Shown here: positions 20,364 through 30,225 of the stretch, in pieces
Position numbering within the stretch: the first letter of the stretch is position 1
How the letters are laid out: each line of letters begins with the position of its first letter
DNA from: an uncultured Clostridia bacterium
GTDB lineage: Bacteria > Bacillota > Clostridia > TANB77 > CAG-465
Reading direction: 5' to 3'
Length of the DNA stretch: 64,000 nt
Assembly: GCA_947631415.1 (NCBI GenBank)
Contig: CANRLG010000004.1
Location: 332 to 64,331 of the forward strand
The notes under the pieces: model-generated
Seen by the model: the letters and a program-made list of their open reading frames with translations, nothing else
Told to the model about the DNA's origin: nothing
Databases searched by the model: none
Translations under genes and position numbers: made by a program

Positions 20364-21390
20364 AAATGTAACCAGTAAAGTAAATAAAAAAGTAGTAATT
20401 ATCATAGCTTTTATCTGCATTATTTTTTTAAATGTGGGTTACTTTGGTATTAGTAAGATACATACTCAGAAAAATACAGTTGAATGTGTAACAGAAAATA
20501 AAGAATATTATGTAGGAGGTCAAGTAGTTGGAATAAAACTTCTTGCAAGTGGTGTACTTGTAATGGGAGTTGAAAGAGAAGATGAAAATATTAAAGTAGG
20601 AGATATAATATTATCTGCAAATTCGCAAAAAATAGAAACAGATTATCAGCTTGAGGAAATTGCTCAAAGTGGCGAGAAAATGCAACTTGAAATACAACGT
20701 GATAATGAAAAAATACAGGTAGAAGTAGAGCCACAATATAATGAAAATAGCAAAATGTATAGATTAGGTCTTTGGGTAAAAGATAGTAGTGCAGGTATTG
20801 GAACGGTAACTTTCTATGAGAAAAATTCAAGGTATTTTGCAGCACTTGGTCATGCAATAACTGAAACATCTTTAAATTATATTTTACCTATTACAACAGG
20901 AGGAATTACTAAAACAGATATAATTAGTATAAAAAAAGGAATTTCTAAAAATCCAGGAGAATTAAAAGGAACAATAACTAATAATACGATTGGTCAAATA
21001 TACTTAAATACACAAAATGGTATATTTGGAGCAATAGAGGATATGACATATTTTACAGAAAGTGAATTAATACAAATAGGGAAAAAAGAGGATATTCAAG
21101 AGGGAAAAGCATACATATATGCTACAATAGATGAATTTGGTAGAAAAAAATATGAAGTAGAAATTGAAAAAATATACTTAAATTCAGATGGAAATAAGAA
21201 TATAAGTATAAAAATAACAGATAAGGAATTATTAGAAAAAACAGGTGGTATTATACAAGGAATGAGTGGAGCACCGTTAATTCAAAATAATAAATTAATT
21301 GGAGCAATTACACATGTATTCTTAGATGACCCAACAAGAGGTTATGCGTGTTTTATTGAAAATATGTTAAATGATATGAGCACAATTTGA
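20356..21390 (+). CDS. spoIVB: SpoIVB peptidase (S55 family, PDZ + serine peptidase)
   Basis: GIGTVTFYEKNSRYFAALGHAI and GMSGAPLIQNNKLIGAITHVF match the SpoIVB catalytic His and Ser regions. A PDZ-like segment (GDIILSANSQKI) lies upstream of them. Confidence 0.88.
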   Translation: MFKNVTSKVNKKVVIIIAFICIIFLNVGYFGISKIHTQKNTVECVTENKEYYVGGQVVGIKLLASGVLVMGVEREDENIKVGDIILSANSQKIETDYQLEEIAQSGEKMQLEIQRDNEKIQVEVEPQYNENSKMYRLGLWVKDSSAGIGTVTFYEKNSRYFAALGHAITETSLNYILPITTGGITKTDIISIKKGISKNPGELKGTITNNTIGQIYLNTQNGIFGAIEDMTYFTESELIQIGKKEDIQEGKAYIYATIDEFGRKKYEVEIEKIYLNSDGNKNISIKITDKELLEKTGGIIQGMSGAPLIQNNKLIGAITHVFLDDPTRGYACFIENMLNDMSTI

Positions 21391-21483
21391 TTTGGAAAAA
21401 ATATATTTATTCTATCTTGTTTTACATTTTATAGTGTGGTATAATAGCAAATGACACGGAGTTTTGTCTAATTAGGAGGAATT

Positions 21484-21927
21484 ATGGAAAAGAATAATAA
21501 TGTAAAAAAAGATGGTAAAAAAACACTTCCTATCATAATCGCAGTGGTAGCTGTTATCGCAGTAATAGTAATACTTGTTTTTGTTTTCAAAGGTGGAAAA
21601 TCTAGCTCAGTAACAGCAAATTTAGGAGAACCTCAATGGATGGAAGTAGGTCAAACTTTAACATTAGTTGATGGCTCAAATAAAGTAACATTTACTGTTT
21701 CATCAGACAAAGACTTAATTAAAACAGATGGAGATTATGAATACGAAGTAAGTTATGTTCTAACAGTAAACGGACAAGAATATACAGGAACACATAAATT
21801 TGGAAATGGATATTCTGTACATAACGAAAATAATGGAATACCATACAATATTGATATGATTGATTTTGATAATAATACAATACAAGTATCATTTGTAAAA
21901 GCAGAGCAACAAGCAGCTCAAGAATAG
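21484..21927 (+). CDS. Hypothetical membrane-anchored protein
   Basis: RBS aggagga, with a single N-terminal TM segment. Confidence 0.55.
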   Translation: MEKNNNVKKDGKKTLPIIIAVVAVIAVIVILVFVFKGGKSSSVTANLGEPQWMEVGQTLTLVDGSNKVTFTVSSDKDLIKTDGDYEYEVSYVLTVNGQEYTGTHKFGNGYSVHNENNGIPYNIDMIDFDNNTIQVSFVKAEQQAAQE

Positions 21928-22015
21928 AAAAAAAGTATAAAAATATATACAAAAAGGCTTCATCTTATTGAAGCTTTTTTCTTTTTTTGGTATACATTAA
22001 AAGTGAGGGATTAAA

Positions 22016-22552
22016 ATGAAAAGAAAATTTGTTTCAAACACATATCTTAGAGGAATAGATAACTATATATTAATGCAATTTGAAGATGATAATTTAGATT
22101 GTTATAGTGTTATTAAAAAAGTAAATAGTATAGATAAGCCATATATCTCTGTTCGTAATGGAAAAGATGTTTGTCTATTAAAAGAGGGCTTTTATATGAT
22201 TGAATATTTGCCCAAAAATGAACATTATGAAGTAAGAGTTTTTTTAGATGAGGATAAAAATACAATATCATATTATATAGATGTAATAGATAAAATTGGT
22301 TTTGAAGATGGAAAAGGGTTATATTATGATGACTTATATTTGGATATTACTATAGATGATGGTGATATTATAAAAATATGGGATGAAGATGAACTAGAAA
22401 AAGCTATTGAAGAAGATGATGAGGTAGATAAAGAAAAATATGATATGGCATACCTAACTTTAAAGAGCTTATTACAAGAAATAGCTAGTGGTACAAATAA
22501 ATACATAAATAATTCACACAAAGAATACATAGAAAAACACTTTAAATTATAA
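22016..22552 (+). CDS. DUF402 domain protein (FomD-like nucleoside diphosphatase family)
   Basis: YYIDVIDKIG...YYDDLYLDITIDDGDIIKIWDEDELEKA resembles the DUF402 core. Confidence 0.5.
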   Translation: MKRKFVSNTYLRGIDNYILMQFEDDNLDCYSVIKKVNSIDKPYISVRNGKDVCLLKEGFYMIEYLPKNEHYEVRVFLDEDKNTISYYIDVIDKIGFEDGKGLYYDDLYLDITIDDGDIIKIWDEDELEKAIEEDDEVDKEKYDMAYLTLKSLLQEIASGTNKYINNSHKEYIEKHFKL

Positions 22553-22612
22553 TCATTATGTTGAAAAAAAGAACTTAGTATAATATAATACAGTAGCAAC
22601 TAGGAGGTTTTT

Positions 22613-23077
22613 ATGATTAGACTAGCAAATGAGAATGATGTTGATGTAATATATAATTTGAATACAGAATTATTTAAAGTTATGAGTGAAATTGAGGAAA
22701 CAATATATAATCCTTATGGAATGCCTAAGGAGGTCATTTTATCTGTTATTAACTCAGAAAAAACAGATTATATTTTATACATTGAAGATGAAAAAGTTAT
22801 TGGATATGTATTAGTAGAAAAGGCTTCAACTCCATCAGATAGAATTCATTCTTTTAAGGAAAATAAATATGCTTTAATAGATGAAATAGTTATATTACCT
22901 GAGTATAGAATGAAAGGGTATGGTAAAATTTTAATGGGTGAAGCTACAAAATGGGCAAAAAGTAAAAAATTGACTTCAATCGAATTGCATGTATTATCTA
23001 GAAACTACAATGCTATAGCTTTTTATGAAAATGAAGGTTTTGAGGAATACCAAAAGCGAATGAGAAAGGAAGTGTAA
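22613..23077 (+). CDS. GNAT family N-acetyltransferase
   Basis: ILPEYRMKGYGKILMGEATKWAK (acetyl-CoA binding motif A) and AIAFYENEGF. Confidence 0.85.
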   Translation: MIRLANENDVDVIYNLNTELFKVMSEIEETIYNPYGMPKEVILSVINSEKTDYILYIEDEKVIGYVLVEKASTPSDRIHSFKENKYALIDEIVILPEYRMKGYGKILMGEATKWAKSKKLTSIELHVLSRNYNAIAFYENEGFEEYQKRMRKEV

Positions 23078-23081
23078 ATAA

Positions 23082-23654
23082 ATGAATGAAGAATTATTAA
23101 AAGGGTCAAAAAAGATAATGTTTTCAGCACCTCATAGTGCACCGCATTTTAGAAATGGAAAAGTTAAAGTAAGAGAAATTAACACAGATTCTATTGTTAA
23201 AGAACTAAATAAAAGAAAAGATGTACCTGTAATATATAAAATAAAATCTGAAAATGAAGATGCAAATTGGGATAAAAAATCTACATACAAGCAAATATGT
23301 AAGGACTATGTGCTACAAAATGATATACACTTTTTTATAGACATTCATGGAATGGACTATAACAGAAAAGAGGATATTTGCATTGGAACAGCAAATGGAA
23401 AGAACTTAAAAGATTATGATGAAATTATAACAAAACTAAAGAGTGTTTTTAATGAATTTGGATATACAAATATTGGGATAGACAGACCGTTTAGTGCAGA
23501 TAATATTAGATGTGTAAGCACATACATAAGTCAAGAATGTAGTATAGATGCAGTACAAATAGAAATAAATAATAAATATAGATTTTCAGAATGTGATGAA
23601 TATGATTTAGAAAATTTAATTAAATGTTTTGAAAAAATTGTAGACATACTCTAA
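23082..23654 (+). CDS. N-formylglutamate amidohydrolase-like protein
   Basis: FSAPHSAPH, FFIDIHGM and AVQIEIN resemble the FGase family (PF05013) metal-binding motifs. This is a motif-level call only. Confidence 0.45.
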   Translation: MNEELLKGSKKIMFSAPHSAPHFRNGKVKVREINTDSIVKELNKRKDVPVIYKIKSENEDANWDKKSTYKQICKDYVLQNDIHFFIDIHGMDYNRKEDICIGTANGKNLKDYDEIITKLKSVFNEFGYTNIGIDRPFSADNIRCVSTYISQECSIDAVQIEINNKYRFSECDEYDLENLIKCFEKIVDIL

Positions 23655-23661
23655 TCTATAT

Positions 23662-23690
23662 TTGACAATTTGTAAATCAAGTGGTATAAT
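23662..23690 (+). promoter_or_regulatory. SigA-type promoter of the pheST operon
   Basis: TTGACA (23662-23667), a 17-nt spacer, and an extended -10 TGgTATAAT (TATAAT at 23685-23690). Confidence 0.7.
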
Positions 23691-23696
23691 TTGAAA

Positions 23697-23967
23697 CATG
23701 AATACATAAAACCTGAGAAAAAGCAAAGTAGGTTATGGAGAATATATTAAAGAGAATGTGTGTCATCGGCTGTAAGCACACTAATATACTGTAACTGAAA
23801 TTTCACTTTGGAGGTCTTATCTTGAACATTAACATAAGTAGGGATAAGCGGGTATGCCCGTGATAGCTTTTGAGAGCATTCAAATATAGTTTGAATGAAT
23901 TTAGGTGGTAACGCGGAATTTAAAGTCATTTCGTCCTAAAAGATAGGATGAAGTGACTTTTTTTATG
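23697..23967 (+). promoter_or_regulatory. T-box leader (Phe specifier) with terminator
   Basis: AGAGA box. Candidate specifier UUC at 23802-23804, followed by A. T-box sequence aatttaggtggtaacgcgg at 23898-23916. The terminator pairs aaagtcatttcgtcct with aggatgaagtgacttt (23922-23960) and is followed by a T-run. Confidence 0.9.
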
Positions 23968-23987
23968 TTAAAGGAGGAAAAAAATCA

Positions 23988-25016
23988 ATGGAAGATAAGA
24001 TTAAAAGTCTTAAAGAACAAGCTATTAAAAAATTAGAAGAAATTAAAAATGCTCAAGATGTTGAAAATATTCGTGTAGAATATTTAGGTAAAAAAGGTGA
24101 AGTAGTAGAAATACTAAAAAATCTTAAAAATGTTGAAAAAGAAAAAAGAAAAGAAATTGGTGAAAAAGCTAATGTTCTAAGAGAAGAAATTGAAAAGTTA
24201 ATTGAAACTAAAAAAGAAGAAATTAAAGAAAAAGAATATGAAGATAAGATTAAAAATGCAGAAAAAATAGATATTACTGTTCCAGTAGATGAAAATCTAG
24301 GTTCTTTGCATCCAATTACTATAGTTCAACGTGAATTAGAAGATATATTTACTTCAATGGGATTTACAGTTGAAGATGGTAATGAAGTAGAAACAGAATA
24401 TAATAACTTTGAGGCTGTAAATGTACCACATTATCATCCAGCAAGAGATATGCAAGATACATTTTGGCTTGAAAATGGTGAACTTCTAAAAACTCAAACT
24501 TCTGCTGCTCAAAATAAAATAATGAAGAAATATGGAACTCCACTTAAGGCAATCTTTCCTGGACGTTGCTTTAGAAATGAAGCATTAGATGCATCTCATG
24601 AAAATACATTCTTCCAAATGGAAGGTATGATGATAGATGAAAATGTATCTATTGCAAACTTAATTTACTTTATGAAAAAATTACTTTCAGAAGTATTTAA
24701 GAAAGAAGTTGAAGTTAGACTTAGACCAGGATATTTCCCATTCGTTGAACCAGGATTTGAACTAGATATAAAATGCCCATATTGTAATGGGGTTGGATGT
24801 AAAGTATGTAAAAATGGTAGTTGGATAGAACTTTGTCCTTGTGGTATGATACATCCAAATGTACTAAGAATGGGTGGAATAGACCCAGAAAAATATTCAG
24901 GATTTGCATTTGGACTTGGACTTTCTCGTCTTGCAATGATGAAATATAATATTAATGATTTACGTGTTTTAAACTCTTGCGATTTAAGAGCTTTAAAACA
25001 AATGAAGATTAAGTAG
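23988..25016 (+). CDS. pheS: Phenylalanine--tRNA ligase alpha subunit
   Basis: HPARDMQDTFW, FPGRCFRNE, GFAFGLGLSRLAM. Confidence 0.97.
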   Translation: MEDKIKSLKEQAIKKLEEIKNAQDVENIRVEYLGKKGEVVEILKNLKNVEKEKRKEIGEKANVLREEIEKLIETKKEEIKEKEYEDKIKNAEKIDITVPVDENLGSLHPITIVQRELEDIFTSMGFTVEDGNEVETEYNNFEAVNVPHYHPARDMQDTFWLENGELLKTQTSAAQNKIMKKYGTPLKAIFPGRCFRNEALDASHENTFFQMEGMMIDENVSIANLIYFMKKLLSEVFKKEVEVRLRPGYFPFVEPGFELDIKCPYCNGVGCKVCKNGSWIELCPCGMIHPNVLRMGGIDPEKYSGFAFGLGLSRLAMMKYNINDLRVLNSCDLRALKQMKIK

Positions 25017-25031
25017 GAGGTACTAGTAATA

Positions 25032-27425
25032 ATGTATATATCAATTAATTGGATTAAAGATTTCGTAGACTTAGATGGAATAGATGTAGAAAAATTAATA
25101 TATAAATTTACAATGTCAACAGCAGAAGTTGAGGGCATAGAGAAAAAAGGATATGATGTAAATGGTGTCATTGCTGCTCAAATTTTAAGTGTTGAAAATG
25201 TTGAAAATTCTAAGAAATTACACAAACTTATGGTAGACACAGGTAAAGAAAAAATACAAGTTATTTGTGGTGCTCCAAATGTAAGAGAGGGTGCAAAAGT
25301 TGTTCTTGCAACTGTTGGAAGTACCATTGCAGGACAAAAGATAGGAAAAGCTACTCTTGCAGGTCTAGAGTCTAATGGTATGTGTTTATCTGAAAAAGAA
25401 CTTGGTATTAGTGATGACCATTCTGGAATTATGATTTTAGATGATGATGTAAAAATTGGAACTGATATTAAAGAGATAATACCAATAGAAGATGTTATTT
25501 ATGAAGTAGATAATAAGTCTTTAACAAATAGACCAGATTTATGGGGACATTATGGAATTGCAAGAGAAATAGCTGCAATTACTGGTAGAAAACTTAAACC
25601 ATTACAAGTAGAAGATTTAAGACAGTACCAAAAACTAGAAGAATTAAGTATTGGTGTAGCTGTTGAAGATGATGATAACCCACTTTGCTTAAGATATAGC
25701 TCTATGAGGGTAGAAAACGTTACTAAAAAACAATCTTCTTGGAAGATGAAAGTAAGACTATATTATTGTGGTATGAGAAGTATAAATCTTCTTGCAGATA
25801 TGACAAACTACATTATGATGGAACTTGGACAACCAATGCATGCTTTTGATAACAGAATAGTAGATAGTGTAAATGTTAAAACTCTACCAGAAGCAACTAA
25901 GTTTAAAACTCTTGATGGTCAAGAAAGAGTTTTAGATAAGGGTACTCTTATGATATGGCATAATGATACACCTGTTGGAATTGCAGGAATTATGGGTGGT
26001 CTTGAAAGTGAAATAAAAGATGATACAACAACTCTTTTCTTGGAGTCAGCAAATTTTGATGCAGTACAAATTAGAAAAACAGCTTCAAAATTAGATTTAA
26101 GAACAGATGCAGCTGCACATTACGAAAAGACTTTAGACCCTGAATTAACTGAAATTGCAATAGCAAGATTTATTAAATTATTAAAAGAAGAAGATAAAGA
26201 TATTAGAATTACTTCAAGATTTTCAGATGTATATATTAAGAGATATCCTCATATTACAATAGAAATAGATAAAGACTATATTGATAGAAGTATAGGAAAA
26301 GTTTTATCTATGGATGAGGTTACTACTACATTAAAAAATCTAGAATATAATATTAAGGTTAAAGGAAAAAATATTACTATAGATGTACCAACATTTAGAG
26401 CAACTAAAGATGTATCACAAAAAGCAGATATAATTGAAGAAATTGCTCGTATTCATGGTTATGATAACATTACACCTGAATCTAATTTATGGAAAATTGC
26501 TCCAGTAGAAAAAGACCCAGCAAGAGAACTTGAATATAGTGCAAAAGAACTTCTTGCAACTAAATACGGTGCAAGTGAGATACATAGTTATGTTTGGTAT
26601 AATACAGAACTAAATAACGAACTTGGAATTAAAGTAAAAGACAATCTAAAAATTGTAAATGGTATTGTTAGATTAGATAATACTTTAAGACATGAAATGG
26701 CTCCAACTATACTTTATGCTATTGAGAAAAATATGAAGTATATGAATGAGTGTAAAGTATTTGAAATTGGACGTACTTTTGAATATCACTTTGATGGTAA
26801 AGAGGCAGAAGAATATAAAGTGCTAGGAATTGGACTTGCAAGCACTAGTAAATCTGAAAAAGAGCTTGTTTATACAGCAAAATCTATGGTAGATAATATA
26901 GTAGGAATAAACAAGAATATTAATGTATCATATAGCAATATTGAACTTGTACAAAATAATTGGATGCATCCAGTAAATAGTTTTTCAGTTAAAATAGATA
27001 GACAAGAAATAGGATATATTACAGTAGTTCATCCCAAAATTAAGGATAGAATTAATCCAAAATCTGCTATGGTAATTATTGAACTTAGAATGGATATCCT
27101 TGGTGAAATTGCTAAGAATGATATACAATATAAAGAAGTTTCTAAATATCAAACAGTTAATTTCGATTTATCTTTAATTGCTAAAAAAGATGTTAAATAT
27201 GCTCAAATTGAAGAAATAATTAAAAATTCTAAAATGGAGTATCTAATAGATTATAACCTTATGAATATATATGAAAATGCAGAAAAATTAACTGGCAAAA
27301 AAGCAGTAACAGTTAGATTTACAATAGGTTCTTATACTGATACATTAACAAAAGAACAAATTGACAGTGAGAGAGAAAAAGTTTTAAATGCTTTAAAGGA
27401 AAAAGAAATATATATTTATGAATAA
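25032..27425 (+). CDS. pheT: Phenylalanine--tRNA ligase beta subunit
   Basis: 797 aa with an N-terminal tRNA-binding domain (NWIKDFV) and B3/4 and B5 regions. It lies directly after pheS. Confidence 0.96.
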   Translation: MYISINWIKDFVDLDGIDVEKLIYKFTMSTAEVEGIEKKGYDVNGVIAAQILSVENVENSKKLHKLMVDTGKEKIQVICGAPNVREGAKVVLATVGSTIAGQKIGKATLAGLESNGMCLSEKELGISDDHSGIMILDDDVKIGTDIKEIIPIEDVIYEVDNKSLTNRPDLWGHYGIAREIAAITGRKLKPLQVEDLRQYQKLEELSIGVAVEDDDNPLCLRYSSMRVENVTKKQSSWKMKVRLYYCGMRSINLLADMTNYIMMELGQPMHAFDNRIVDSVNVKTLPEATKFKTLDGQERVLDKGTLMIWHNDTPVGIAGIMGGLESEIKDDTTTLFLESANFDAVQIRKTASKLDLRTDAAAHYEKTLDPELTEIAIARFIKLLKEEDKDIRITSRFSDVYIKRYPHITIEIDKDYIDRSIGKVLSMDEVTTTLKNLEYNIKVKGKNITIDVPTFRATKDVSQKADIIEEIARIHGYDNITPESNLWKIAPVEKDPARELEYSAKELLATKYGASEIHSYVWYNTELNNELGIKVKDNLKIVNGIVRLDNTLRHEMAPTILYAIEKNMKYMNECKVFEIGRTFEYHFDGKEAEEYKVLGIGLASTSKSEKELVYTAKSMVDNIVGINKNINVSYSNIELVQNNWMHPVNSFSVKIDRQEIGYITVVHPKIKDRINPKSAMVIIELRMDILGEIAKNDIQYKEVSKYQTVNFDLSLIAKKDVKYAQIEEIIKNSKMEYLIDYNLMNIYENAEKLTGKKAVTVRFTIGSYTDTLTKEQIDSEREKVLNALKEKEIYIYE

Positions 27426-27440
27426 TTAGTAATTATACAA

Positions 27441-27477
27441 TGAAAGTAGATAAAATAATTCTACTTTCATTTTTTTT
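27441..27477 (+). terminator. Intrinsic terminator after pheT
   Basis: tgaaagtaga (27441-27450) pairs with tctactttca (27460-27469), followed by a T-run at 27470-27477. Confidence 0.8.
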
Positions 27478-27524
27478 GCATATAAAGAAATTTAAAATCA
27501 AATACTATTTATAGAGGTGAGAAT

Positions 27525-27713
27525 ATGTCAAAAAAAGACTTTAGAAAAAATATTGAATACGAACTAGATATGGAAAGAAAAGATGCTCAAAATCCAAGTA
27601 TAGATGGCTATGATTTTATTTACAGATTAAATAATTTAGTTTCACTTGATGAGCAAAAAATAAAAGTAGAGGAGCTAGAAAACATTACTAAGAATAAGAA
27701 TAAAAAGAATTAA
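27525..27713 (+). CDS. Hypothetical small charged protein
   Basis: SD agaggtga precedes the ATG. 62 aa. I recognise no family. Confidence 0.4.
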   Translation: MSKKDFRKNIEYELDMERKDAQNPSIDGYDFIYRLNNLVSLDEQKIKVEELENITKNKNKKN

Positions 27714-27756
27714 CAAATTTTTTAGATTTTCATATAGTATTTTAGGAGGTAGTAAA

Positions 27757-28677
27757 ATGCAATATGATTATCAATTTGGAAATAAGTCATATAATTATTG
27801 TGGAAAAGTTGGAATACAAAGTACAAAATACGAGATAATGGCACCAGAACAGGAGCAAAAAAAGCAACCTGGAGTCGAATATTTAATGACACCAAAACCT
27901 ATTTTTGATAACCCAAACTATATTGGAAGTAATAAATTAAAGGACAAAGTAGCAATTATTACTGGAGGAGATAGTGGACTTGGAAGAGCTGCTGCTATTG
28001 CATTTGCTAAAGAAGGTGCAAATGTAGTTATACCATATTTAGATGAGCATGTTGATGCAAATGAAACTAAAAATTGTATAGAAAAAATTGGAAGAAAATG
28101 TTTGTTGCTTTCAGGAGATATAACAGATAAGAAATTTTGTAAGAAAATAGTGGAGTGTACACTTGAAAATTTTGGCAAAATAGATATTTTAGTAAATAAT
28201 GCTGGAGTGCAATATCAAGCAGATTCGTTAGAGCAAATAAGTGATTCACAATTTGATAGAACTATGAAAGTAAATATATATGGAATGTTCTATCTAACTC
28301 GAGAAGTATTGCCATATTTAAAATGTGGTGCTTCAATTATAAATTTAACATCAGTTACTACATTTTATGGCGACCCACAATTAATAGATTACGTTACAAC
28401 TAAGGGAGCAATAGTAGGATTTACAAGAGCTCTTGCTAGAAATTTAGCATTGAAAAATATACGAGTTAATGCGATAGCACCAGGTTTTTTCTGGACACCA
28501 TTACAACCAGCTTGTTGGGTAAAAGAAAAAATCCCTTCTCTTGGAGCAGATGCTGCAATGGCAAGAGGTGCTATGCCTTATGAACTTGCTCCAACATTCG
28601 TATTTTTAGCTTCAAATGACTCAAGTTATTTAACGGGTCAGGTAATACATAATAATGGTGGTCAAGTAATGGGATAA
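27757..28677 (+). CDS. SDR family oxidoreductase (YhdF/YghA-like)
   Basis: AIITGGDSGLGRA (TGxxxGxG), NNAG, and an N-terminal extension (QPGVEYLMTPKP) typical of this SDR subgroup. Confidence 0.88.
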   Translation: MQYDYQFGNKSYNYCGKVGIQSTKYEIMAPEQEQKKQPGVEYLMTPKPIFDNPNYIGSNKLKDKVAIITGGDSGLGRAAAIAFAKEGANVVIPYLDEHVDANETKNCIEKIGRKCLLLSGDITDKKFCKKIVECTLENFGKIDILVNNAGVQYQADSLEQISDSQFDRTMKVNIYGMFYLTREVLPYLKCGASIINLTSVTTFYGDPQLIDYVTTKGAIVGFTRALARNLALKNIRVNAIAPGFFWTPLQPACWVKEKIPSLGADAAMARGAMPYELAPTFVFLASNDSSYLTGQVIHNNGGQVMG

Positions 28678-28709
28678 AAAAAAGACATTAGATTTTACTC
28701 TAATGTCTC
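28675..28709. terminator. Hairpin between convergent units, mainly terminating the tRNA operon on the minus strand
   Basis: agacattaga (28683-28692) pairs with tctaatgtct (28700-28709). An A8 run on the plus-strand 5' side reads as a U-run after the hairpin on the minus strand. Confidence 0.7.
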
Positions 28710-28723
28710 TTTCCATATATTAC

Positions 28724-28809
28724 TGGTGGGCAGGGATGGATTCGAACCATCGTAGGCGTAAGCCAACAGATTTACAGTCTGCCCCCTTTAGCCACTCGGG
28801 CACCTACCC
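28724..28809 (-). tRNA. tRNA-Tyr (anticodon GTA), long variable arm, encoded CCA
   Basis: The reverse complement reads GGGTAGGTGCCCGAGTGGCTAAAGGGGGCAGACTGTAAATCTGTTGGCTTACGCCTACGATGGTTCGAATCCATCCCTGCCCACCA. The anticodon loop is CT-GTA-AA. Confidence 0.93.
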
Positions 28810-28825
28810 AGAAAATATAATATAT

Positions 28826-28902
28826 TGGTGGGCCTTCAGGGATTCGAACCCCGGACCATTCGGTTATGAGCCGAGTGCTCTGACCAACTGAGCTAAAGGC
28901 CC
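28826..28902 (-). tRNA. tRNA with a CAT anticodon (elongator Met or lysidine-modified Ile2), encoded CCA
   Basis: The reverse complement reads GGGCCTTTAGCTCAGTTGGTCAGAGCACTCGGCTCATAACCGAATGGTCCGGGGTTCGAATCCCTGAAGGCCCACCA. It is not initiator-like because position 1-72 is a G-C pair. Confidence 0.9.
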
Positions 28903-28923
28903 ACATCACTGTGGACAGTTATT

Positions 28924-28952
28924 ATTATAATCTACTTAGATTTAAAAGTCAA
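28924..28952 (-). promoter_or_regulatory. Consensus SigA promoter of the tRNA pair
   Basis: On the minus strand: TTGACT (28952-28947), a 17-nt spacer, and TATAAT (28929-28924). It lies about 20 nt upstream of the tRNA 5' end. Confidence 0.75.
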
Positions 28953-29067
28953 GCATTTTTGTTAAAAAAATAGCTAAAATGACAACAAAAATTTAAGCCT
29001 TAAAAAGTCCTGAAAATCTTATGTAAAGACCATTACAATAAAAAAAGAGCATGGCTAAAATCATGCT

Positions 29068-30162
29068 CTAAACATTAAATCTAAATAGGATAATATCACC
29101 ATCTTGAACAATATAATCTTTTCCTTCAAGGCGAACAAGTCCTTTTTCTTTTGTAGCATTCATACTACCATATTTTATTAAGTCATCATAAGATACAACT
29201 TCTGCTTTTATAAATCCACGTTCAAAATCTGTATGAATTTTTCCTGCTGCTTGAGGAGCTTTTGTTCCTTTTTTTATTGTCCACGCACGACATTCATCTT
29301 TTCCTGTTGTAAGGAATGAGATAAGACCAAGCAGACTATAACTTGCTTTAATTAATTTATCTAAACCAGATTCGTTTATACCATAATCTTGCATAAGAGC
29401 AAGTTTATCTTCATCTTCTAGTTCAGATAAATCTTCTTCAAGTTTGGCACATAAAGTAACAACTTGTGCTCCTTGTGAGTTAGCATATTCTTTAACTTTT
29501 TGAACATAAGGGTCAGTATCCATATTAGGTATTTGTTCTTCAGATACATTTGCAACATAAATTACTTTTTTATCTGTTAAGAAGAAAGCGTCTTTAATTA
29601 TATCTCTTTCTTCATCTGTTAAATCCATTGTTCTAACAGGTTTACACTCATCTAAATGGGCTTTAATTCTTTTTAAAAGTTCAAGTTCAGCAATAGCTTT
29701 TTTATCTCCAGATTTTGTCTGTTTTGCAACTCTATCCATTCTTTTAACTAATGTTTCAGTATCTGCATAAATTAGTTCAAGAGATATTGTCTCAATATCT
29801 CCAATAGGGTCTATTTTACCATTTACATGAACGATTTGTTCATCTTCAAAACATCTTACTACATGAGCAATAGCATCAGTTTCTCTAATATGACTTAGAA
29901 ATTTATTTCCAAGTCCTTCACCTTGAGAAGCACCTTTAACAAGGCCAGCAATATCTACAAATTCTATAGTTGCATAAGTTGTTTTGTTTGTTTCATACAT
30001 TTTAGATAATACATCTAGTCTGTTATCTGGTACGCATACCATACCAACATTTGGTTCTATTGTACAAAATGGGTAGTTTGCACTTTCTGCACCAGCTTTT
30101 GTTATAGCATTAAAAAGTGTAGACTTTCCAACATTTGGTAATCCAACTATTCCAATTTTCAT
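29068..30162 (-). CDS. ychF: Redox-regulated ATPase YchF
   Basis: MKIGIVGLPNVGKSTLFNA, NYPFCTIEPN, and a C-terminal TGS/YchF domain (FIKAEV...DGDIILFRFNV). Confidence 0.97.
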   Translation of the reverse strand: MKIGIVGLPNVGKSTLFNAITKAGAESANYPFCTIEPNVGMVCVPDNRLDVLSKMYETNKTTYATIEFVDIAGLVKGASQGEGLGNKFLSHIRETDAIAHVVRCFEDEQIVHVNGKIDPIGDIETISLELIYADTETLVKRMDRVAKQTKSGDKKAIAELELLKRIKAHLDECKPVRTMDLTDEERDIIKDAFFLTDKKVIYVANVSEEQIPNMDTDPYVQKVKEYANSQGAQVVTLCAKLEEDLSELEDEDKLALMQDYGINESGLDKLIKASYSLLGLISFLTTGKDECRAWTIKKGTKAPQAAGKIHTDFERGFIKAEVVSYDDLIKYGSMNATKEKGLVRLEGKDYIVQDGDIILFRFNV

Positions 30163-30193
30163 TTACATAACACATCCTTTTTCAACAATTAAT

Positions 30194-30221
30194 ATTATAT
30201 CAAAGAAAAAGGAGATGTCAA
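30194..30221 (-). promoter_or_regulatory. SigA promoter of ychF
   Basis: On the minus strand: TTGACA (30221-30216), a 16-nt spacer, and an extended -10 TGaTATAAT (TATAAT = complement of 30194-30199). Confidence 0.65.
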
Positions 30222-30225
30222 GAAT

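Noticed and set aside
28703-28891. A 62-aa plus-strand ORF in the supplied track.
   Set aside because: It lies entirely across the two minus-strand tRNA genes (Tyr and CAU) and has no SD. It is an artefact of tRNA sequence.
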